DNA from: a virus
DNA: 64,000 nucleotides
Direction: 5' to 3' (one strand)
Virus record (IMG/VR): IMGVR_UViG_3300027744_000013
Span: 1-64,000 of that record
In this document: positions 59,105 to 64,000 of the stretch, piece after piece
Layout of the letters: the number at the start of each line of letters is the position of its first letter
Numbering within the stretch: position 1 is the first letter of the stretch
The notes under the pieces: model-generated
Seen by the model: the letters and a program-made list of their open reading frames with translations, nothing else
The model's database searches: none
What the model was told of the DNA's origin: nothing
Translations under genes and position numbers: made by a program

Positions 59105-59475
59105 CGAGTTTTTCGCACTAACTGTACTGATTTACGCTTTACACGCTTGAGTGTTAGATTCATCAAATTAACAACTGGACCTAGTATTACTCTAACATCC
59201 TTACTGTTAAAAGTTTTAACAGCATAAGCAAAGGGTAGTATTTGATCACGACAAATAATGCTAATTGGAAATTGTCTGTTTGATTCCCACCACCAAGTTT
59301 CTCCTATTTCTAAAAATAGGGTTTTTTCTTCTGGGGACTTTATTGCATTTAAATCGTAGAAGCTAGTAACAAATTGGTCTTGATTAATAATTATACCAAC
59401 GTATTCTTCTTCGCCGTAGTTTAATACGCTGATAAAGGGTAATTGTTGTTCGATGTTGTCTCTTAGTTTTGCCAT
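59101..59475 (-). CDS. Hypothetical protein
   Basis: 124-aa minus-strand ORF filling the gap; contains WWWESNR..PI. Confidence 0.7.
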   Translation of the reverse strand: MAKLRDNIEQQLPFISVLNYGEEEYVGIIINQDQFVTSFYDLNAIKSPEEKTLFLEIGETWWWESNRQFPISIICRDQILPFAYAVKTFNSKDVRVILGPVVNLMNLTLKRVKRKSVQLVRKTR

Positions 59476-59500
59476 AAATAGTATATAAAGGTCCTGCCAG

Positions 59501-60337
59501 ATGCAAAAAATATCAAGTTATTTATATCCAAATAGAGTACAGCTATTAGCCGATCTGGCAGGATTTACTACGGAGTATACAAACGTGTATCAGAGAACAG
59601 TAAAAATATATAATGGTATTGATAATACTATCGAGTTCGACATTAAGAATGCCGACCAAAAGCGCATTAACCTAAGCACACTTTCTATAATTGAACTTAA
59701 TGTTATGGATTCTCAAGGTAATGCACTATCGAACAGTCCGTACACCGTTACTCCGTTAAATCAAACTACGCACAAGGGTATTAGTACAGTTACTATCCCA
59801 CAAGATGATTTAGTAGAGTTACAAGATCAATTTTTGCGATATAGTGTTACCGCAGTTAAAGACGGCAATGATATCATACTATACGGCGATTCAAGATTTG
59901 GAGCAGTTGGCACAATTGAATTGATTGGTAATGCTATGCCTACCTTTAGAAACGAGCGAGTATACAAAGACTTTTCAGCAGAAATGAATTTAGAAGGTCT
60001 TCCTATTCGTAAGTCTAGTTCAATTCCAACTACATTTTACGAAGCTGAAAAAACAACTTCATTAGACTTTGAAATTGCATATACGGGATTTAAAGGCACA
60101 ATTTGGATTGAAGGTACTACTGAATCAACTATTACTACCGAAGCATTTAAACCAGAAGTTCGAATTTATGAGTTTCCAGAACTAACGGTAGCCGCATCTG
60201 GAACATTCACAGTGACCATGGATATCGGTGAATACAAATATTTTAGAGTTAGATATCTTAACTCAAGATTGGCAGATGTTACTGGCACTAATTCGTCCGG
60301 AACAACCGGAAAGGTTGACAAAGTAACCGTAAGTTAA
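59501..60337 (+). CDS. Hypothetical, probably late/structural beta-sandwich protein
   Basis: CATAAATA at 59473; IY.G.DN...F..KN.DQK; beta-rich. Confidence 0.6.
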   Translation: MQKISSYLYPNRVQLLADLAGFTTEYTNVYQRTVKIYNGIDNTIEFDIKNADQKRINLSTLSIIELNVMDSQGNALSNSPYTVTPLNQTTHKGISTVTIPQDDLVELQDQFLRYSVTAVKDGNDIILYGDSRFGAVGTIELIGNAMPTFRNERVYKDFSAEMNLEGLPIRKSSSIPTTFYEAEKTTSLDFEIAYTGFKGTIWIEGTTESTITTEAFKPEVRIYEFPELTVAASGTFTVTMDIGEYKYFRVRYLNSRLADVTGTNSSGTTGKVDKVTVS

Positions 60338-60344
60338 GTATAAT
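60315..60344 (+). promoter_or_regulatory. Sigma70-like promoter, leaderless primase
   Basis: TTGACA-N18-TATAAT-N6-ATG. Confidence 0.75.
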
Positions 60345-60350
60345 AGTGCT

Positions 60351-61364
60351 ATGAGTCTCATAGCCGATACATTACTACAACACTTACCCGGTAAACGAAA
60401 ACAGACCCCAAGCGGCTGGATAAGTTTCAATGCCCCGTGTTGTGATGACAAACGCCAACGTGGCGGCTTTATTATCAATGGCGGCGATGCAGTATCTTAC
60501 CATTGTTTCAATTGCGGATTTAAAGCAAGCTGGCAACCTGGTAGAACTATTAGTCAAAAAATGAGTAAACTAATGCGTGACCTTAATATGGGTGACGATA
60601 CAATTAGCCAACTTAGATTAGAAGCCCTTAGACTAAATGACAACTCGAATACGGTAATAACAAGTGTTATTCCAAAGTTTGAAACAAGAGCATTGCCACT
60701 GGATGCTATTAGTTTTGAAGAGTTAGATACATTCTTAAAACTTCCAGATGGTGACTATGCTGTTCCAACAAAATTTACCGAAGCAGTTGGATACTTGGTA
60801 GAAAGAAAGATTGATCCGTTTGCTTATCCGTTTTATTGGGCTAACAAAATAGGATTCAACAGCAGACTTATTATTCCGTTTTTATTCAAAGGTGTCATTG
60901 TTGGATGGACTGCCCGTGCTTTCAATGATGCTAAACCCAAGTATCTAAGTGAACAGCAACCTGGTTATGTGTTTAACTTAGACCGTCAAACTAATGAAAG
61001 AAATTTCGTAATTGTTAGTGAAGGGCCGTTTGATGCACTAAGTATTGATGGGTGTGCTTTATTAGGTGCTGAGATTAAAGACAGCCAGAACTGGTTACTA
61101 AAACAGCTGGGCAAAGAAATTGTGCTAGTACCAGATAGAGACCATGAAGGCCCACGGACTGTTGAACAAGCATTAGAGTTCGGCTGGAGTGTAAGCATGC
61201 CAGATTGGCCTGAAGATGTCAAAGATATAAACGATGCAGTGGTTAAGCTGGGCAAACTTGCCACACTATGGCTTATAACTAACGCAAAAGAATCAAATAG
61301 TCTTAAGATTCAACTTAGGGCAAAGAAGTGGTTTCCAAAGGATCAAAATGAAAAAAATAATTGA
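60351..61364 (+). CDS. gp61: DNA primase
   Basis: Zn-binding N-terminus (PCC...YHCFNCG), R.IIP...G..AR, PKYL, Toprim EG.FDA...D.D, KD.ND. Confidence 0.92.
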   Translation: MSLIADTLLQHLPGKRKQTPSGWISFNAPCCDDKRQRGGFIINGGDAVSYHCFNCGFKASWQPGRTISQKMSKLMRDLNMGDDTISQLRLEALRLNDNSNTVITSVIPKFETRALPLDAISFEELDTFLKLPDGDYAVPTKFTEAVGYLVERKIDPFAYPFYWANKIGFNSRLIIPFLFKGVIVGWTARAFNDAKPKYLSEQQPGYVFNLDRQTNERNFVIVSEGPFDALSIDGCALLGAEIKDSQNWLLKQLGKEIVLVPDRDHEGPRTVEQALEFGWSVSMPDWPEDVKDINDAVVKLGKLATLWLITNAKESNSLKIQLRAKKWFPKDQNEKNN

Positions 61365-61461
61365 CTTTCTATTAACTCCCTGGACATGGTACCAGGATCG
61401 CCGTGCGTTTAAAAAACGCCTAAAAGAATTACGCAAACGTGACCCGTTTATTTACAAATGA
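61348..61461 (+). CDS. 37-aa basic peptide (MKKIIDFLLTPWTWYQDRRAFKKRLKELRKRDPFIYK), below the ORF-track cut-off
   Basis: AAGGA RBS; fills the primase-to-carbamoyltransferase gap with an ATGA overlap. Confidence 0.7.
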   Translation: MKKIIDFLLTPWTWYQDRRAFKKRLKELRKRDPFIYK

Positions 61462-62396
61462 TACTTTGGGGCGTCAACGCATTAAATCACGGGCATAGTA
61501 TTGCTGTCTTTAAGGACGGCCAATTTGTCGATAACTATACTGGCACAAGCGATCAACTTGAAAGTGAAACCACTTTGAAATCGCTAGCACCAGGAAGTCC
61601 TGACAGGATATTTTGGTATGAAAATCCTTGGTTAAAGAAAGCTAGACAACTGTATGCTGGCCAATACAGTACAGCAATGAAGATAAGTGTACTGCCAAAA
61701 CGCTACATGCGATCATATCGATATGCTCCAATTACCTATACTGCCCACCACGCTAGTCATGCGGCGGCAGGATACTACACTAGCCCATTCAACCATTGCG
61801 CCATTGTTGTACTGGATGCCATTGGCGAGTTTGAGTGTGCTACTATTTGGCAAGGCCAGCACGGTGAAATGCGTAAGGTATGGAGTCGTTGGTATCCAAA
61901 TAGTCTTGGATTGTTCTATAGTGCATTTACACAACTAGTGGGATTAACACCTATACGTGATGAGTATTTGTTGACTCAAATGGCTGAACAAGGCGATGCC
62001 AGTGTGTACTATCAAGACGTTATGGGTTATATGGCGGGAATAGTTGAAGCCAAACAAAACATGCACAGGGGCATTAACAATTGGCCCCATGTGATTAGCA
62101 ACATACAAGATCAATGTAATATTGCCGCGGCAGTACAGCAAATATTCCAGAATCAAGTTGCACAAGTTATGGACACGGCCCTTGAGCTAACCAATGCCGA
62201 TTGCCTAGTTTACATGGGCGGATGTGCTATGAACAAGAGTGCCAACACCAATGTGGTTGAGCCCCGATTCAAGCACATATGGTCATTGCCCAATCCTGGT
62301 GACCCTAGCAGTTCAATTGGTGCTGTCACATATCATACTAAACAGCGAGTCTGGCGCACATGGGATCCAGTCAAACATATTGCTATCAACGTTTAA
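61458..62396 (+). CDS. Carbamoyltransferase N-terminal (Kae1-like) domain only
   Basis: HH.SHAAAGYY.SPF, V.DAIGE, P.SLGLFYSAFT..VG, EY....A..G, IAAAVQ, GGCAMN..AN, P.PGD..SSIGA; stops before the YrdC-like domain. Confidence 0.85.
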   Translation: MILWGVNALNHGHSIAVFKDGQFVDNYTGTSDQLESETTLKSLAPGSPDRIFWYENPWLKKARQLYAGQYSTAMKISVLPKRYMRSYRYAPITYTAHHASHAAAGYYTSPFNHCAIVVLDAIGEFECATIWQGQHGEMRKVWSRWYPNSLGLFYSAFTQLVGLTPIRDEYLLTQMAEQGDASVYYQDVMGYMAGIVEAKQNMHRGINNWPHVISNIQDQCNIAAAVQQIFQNQVAQVMDTALELTNADCLVYMGGCAMNKSANTNVVEPRFKHIWSLPNPGDPSSSIGAVTYHTKQRVWRTWDPVKHIAINV

Positions 62397-62408
62397 AGAG
62401 TATATAAT
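62380..62408 (+). promoter_or_regulatory. Sigma70-like promoter, leaderless helicase
   Basis: TTGCTA-N17-TATAAT-N6-ATG. Confidence 0.7.
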
Positions 62409-62414
62409 AACTAC

Positions 62415-63845
62415 ATGAAACAAAATACAGACTACGGCTACGACATACAAAAACTATATTTAGAAATGATGCTGGCTGATGCGGCCACATTTGTACGTTG
62501 CCAATCAATCTTTGATCACACACTATTTGATCGCAAGCTACAGATGTCCGCGGAATTTATGAACACTTATGTTGAAGAACATAATGTCATGCCCACAATT
62601 GACATTGTCAATGCGGCCACTGATGCCAGCTTCAAACCCGCAGAGAATCTACGTGAAGAACACTTTGATTGGTTACTGGCAGACTTTGAAACATTCATCC
62701 GCCATAAAGGTCTTGAGAAAGCTATTCTAGCTTCAGCTGACCTGTTGGAAAAAGGTGAGTACGGCCCAGTAGAAGAATTGGTCAAGAAGGCAGTGCAAGT
62801 TGGATTGCAAAAGGACATGGGCACTGATTACTTTCTAGATCCCCGTGCTCGATTGCTCAAGATCAAAGACAAGAACGGACAGTTGAGCACTGGCTGGAAG
62901 AGTGTAGATGACAAACTGTTTGGTGGTATGAACCGCGGAGAGTTGAATATCTTTGCAGGTGGCTCGGGCGCAGGCAAGAGTTTGTTTCTGGCTAACTTGG
63001 GTTGTAATTGGGCATTGCAGGGTTTGAATGTGGTGTACTTGACATTAGAACTTAGTGAAGAACTAGTGTCAATGCGTGTTGACAGCATGTTAACAGGGAT
63101 CCCGACTAGAGAGATTTTTAAACATCTAGATGATGTCGAGATGAAGGTGAAAGTGATTGGCAAAAAGTCGGGCACCTTCCAAGTCAAGTATATGCCGTCT
63201 GGGAAGACCGCAAATGACTTGCGATCATACTTGAAAGAATATGAAATCAAGACTGATCGTAAAGTAGATGTACTATTAGTAGACTACTTGGACTTGCTCA
63301 TGCCAATCTCAAAGAAGATTAGCCCCGCAGACTTGTTTATCAAGGACAAGTATGTGTCAGAAGAATTACGTAACCTAGCAGTGGAAAAGAACTGTATATT
63401 TGTCACAGCCGCACAGTTGAACCGTGGTGCTGTTGAAGAAGTTGAGTTTGATCACAGTCATATCTCAGGTGGACTTAGCAAGATCCAAACTGCGGATAAT
63501 GTGTTTGGTATCTTCACATCAAGGGCAATGCGTGAACGTGGACGTTATCAAATACAACTGATGAAAACACGTAGTAGCAGTGGTGTGGGCATGAAAATTG
63601 ATCTGGAGTTCAATGTGGACAGTTTGCGTATCAGCGACTGTGAACAAGAAGACTCATATGGCAACAGTACCAGCGCCAGTGCAGGTTCAAGTTTGTTGGC
63701 ATCAATCAAGAATCGTCAAACAGTTGATCCTGCTACAGGTGAATTGGATCCCAACAGTCTAGTGCCCATACCCAAAGTACGTGCCCAAGTTGAAAGTAGT
63801 AAACTACGTGAACTGTTGAATAATCTTCCTAGTGATGACGTATAA
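62415..63845 (+). CDS. gp41: Replicative DnaB-like helicase
   Basis: GGSGAGKS, TLELSE, VDYLDL, EELR.LA, TAAQLNR, TAD, MKTR. Confidence 0.95.
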   Translation: MKQNTDYGYDIQKLYLEMMLADAATFVRCQSIFDHTLFDRKLQMSAEFMNTYVEEHNVMPTIDIVNAATDASFKPAENLREEHFDWLLADFETFIRHKGLEKAILASADLLEKGEYGPVEELVKKAVQVGLQKDMGTDYFLDPRARLLKIKDKNGQLSTGWKSVDDKLFGGMNRGELNIFAGGSGAGKSLFLANLGCNWALQGLNVVYLTLELSEELVSMRVDSMLTGIPTREIFKHLDDVEMKVKVIGKKSGTFQVKYMPSGKTANDLRSYLKEYEIKTDRKVDVLLVDYLDLLMPISKKISPADLFIKDKYVSEELRNLAVEKNCIFVTAAQLNRGAVEEVEFDHSHISGGLSKIQTADNVFGIFTSRAMRERGRYQIQLMKTRSSSGVGMKIDLEFNVDSLRISDCEQEDSYGNSTSASAGSSLLASIKNRQTVDPATGELDPNSLVPIPKVRAQVESSKLRELLNNLPSDDV

Positions 63846-63864
63846 TCTCGCTGTAATGCAGTTT

Positions 63865-63894
63865 TTGACTCAAAGAGATAAGTACGTATATAAT
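63865..63894 (+). promoter_or_regulatory. Sigma70-like promoter with an embedded late-like element
   Basis: TTGACT-N18-TATAAT with GATAAGTA in the spacer. Confidence 0.6.
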
Positions 63895-63917
63895 AACACT
63901 AAGGAATTTTTAATATC

Positions 63918-64000
63918 ATGCATCTGTACCACATACGCGACATCAATGATCCACAGGTTCGGGTCATCAAAGATGATCCAGTGCGACCACACATTCCCCT
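63918..64000 (+). CDS. Hypothetical protein, 3'-truncated (MHLYHIRDINDPQVRVIKDDPVRPHIP...)
   Basis: AAGGA RBS and an open frame to the window end. Confidence 0.6.
   Translation, partial: MHLYHIRDINDPQVRVIKDDPVRPHIP

Noticed and set aside
649-63250. Numerous 60-200 aa antisense or off-frame ORFs in the track (for example 41655-42200, 46465-46896, 54805-55395)
   Set aside because: They are shadows of long real genes, caused by codon bias. They have no RBS or recognisable motifs.
43570-63845. Inteins or introns in terminase, UvsX, UvsW, primase or helicase
   Set aside because: Lengths are normal and motifs contiguous; no C...HN-[CST] splice junctions were seen.
1-64000. Stop-codon reassignment
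   Set aside because: Genes tile the window densely in the standard code, and TAA, TAG and TGA all end genes at sensible positions.

Overview
This 64 kb window is a gene-dense segment of a large T4-like (myovirus) phage genome, read in the standard genetic code. I found no tRNA, CRISPR array, integrase or transposase. 1-29.3 kb is a tail-fibre/virion region: giant proteins (>620, 3024, 684 and 2343 aa) plus three Cys/Gly-rich paralogues interleaved with two tail-chaperone-like paralogues. An opposite-strand modification cassette (GT9-like, SGNH-like, carbamoyltransferase) interrupts it. 29.3-49 kb carries Nudix, gp15, gp14, gp13, dNMP kinase, an HNH protein, tail sheath, tail tube, gp4, both terminase subunits and a cluster of probable internal head proteins. 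49-64 kb is the replication/recombination block: gp32, UvsX, UvsY, UvsW, 2OG-Fe(II) oxygenases, a 192-aa DnaE-like polymerase piece, primase, a stand-alone carbamoyltransferase N-domain and gp41 helicase. The most striking observation is a set of tandem ~158-aa repeats in the giant virion proteins that reproduce the phycobiliprotein chromophore-binding helix (C-x-R-D-x-G-Y-x6-Y-x4-G-G), arranged A-B-A-B. Other notable items are the miniature/split DnaE, the Cys-rich fibre module, an amicyanin-type copper site at a fibre C-terminus, a circularly permuted LysM, a degenerate stand-alone Hint-like protein and frequent leaderless starts. All calls come from motif recognition by eye; no searches were run.
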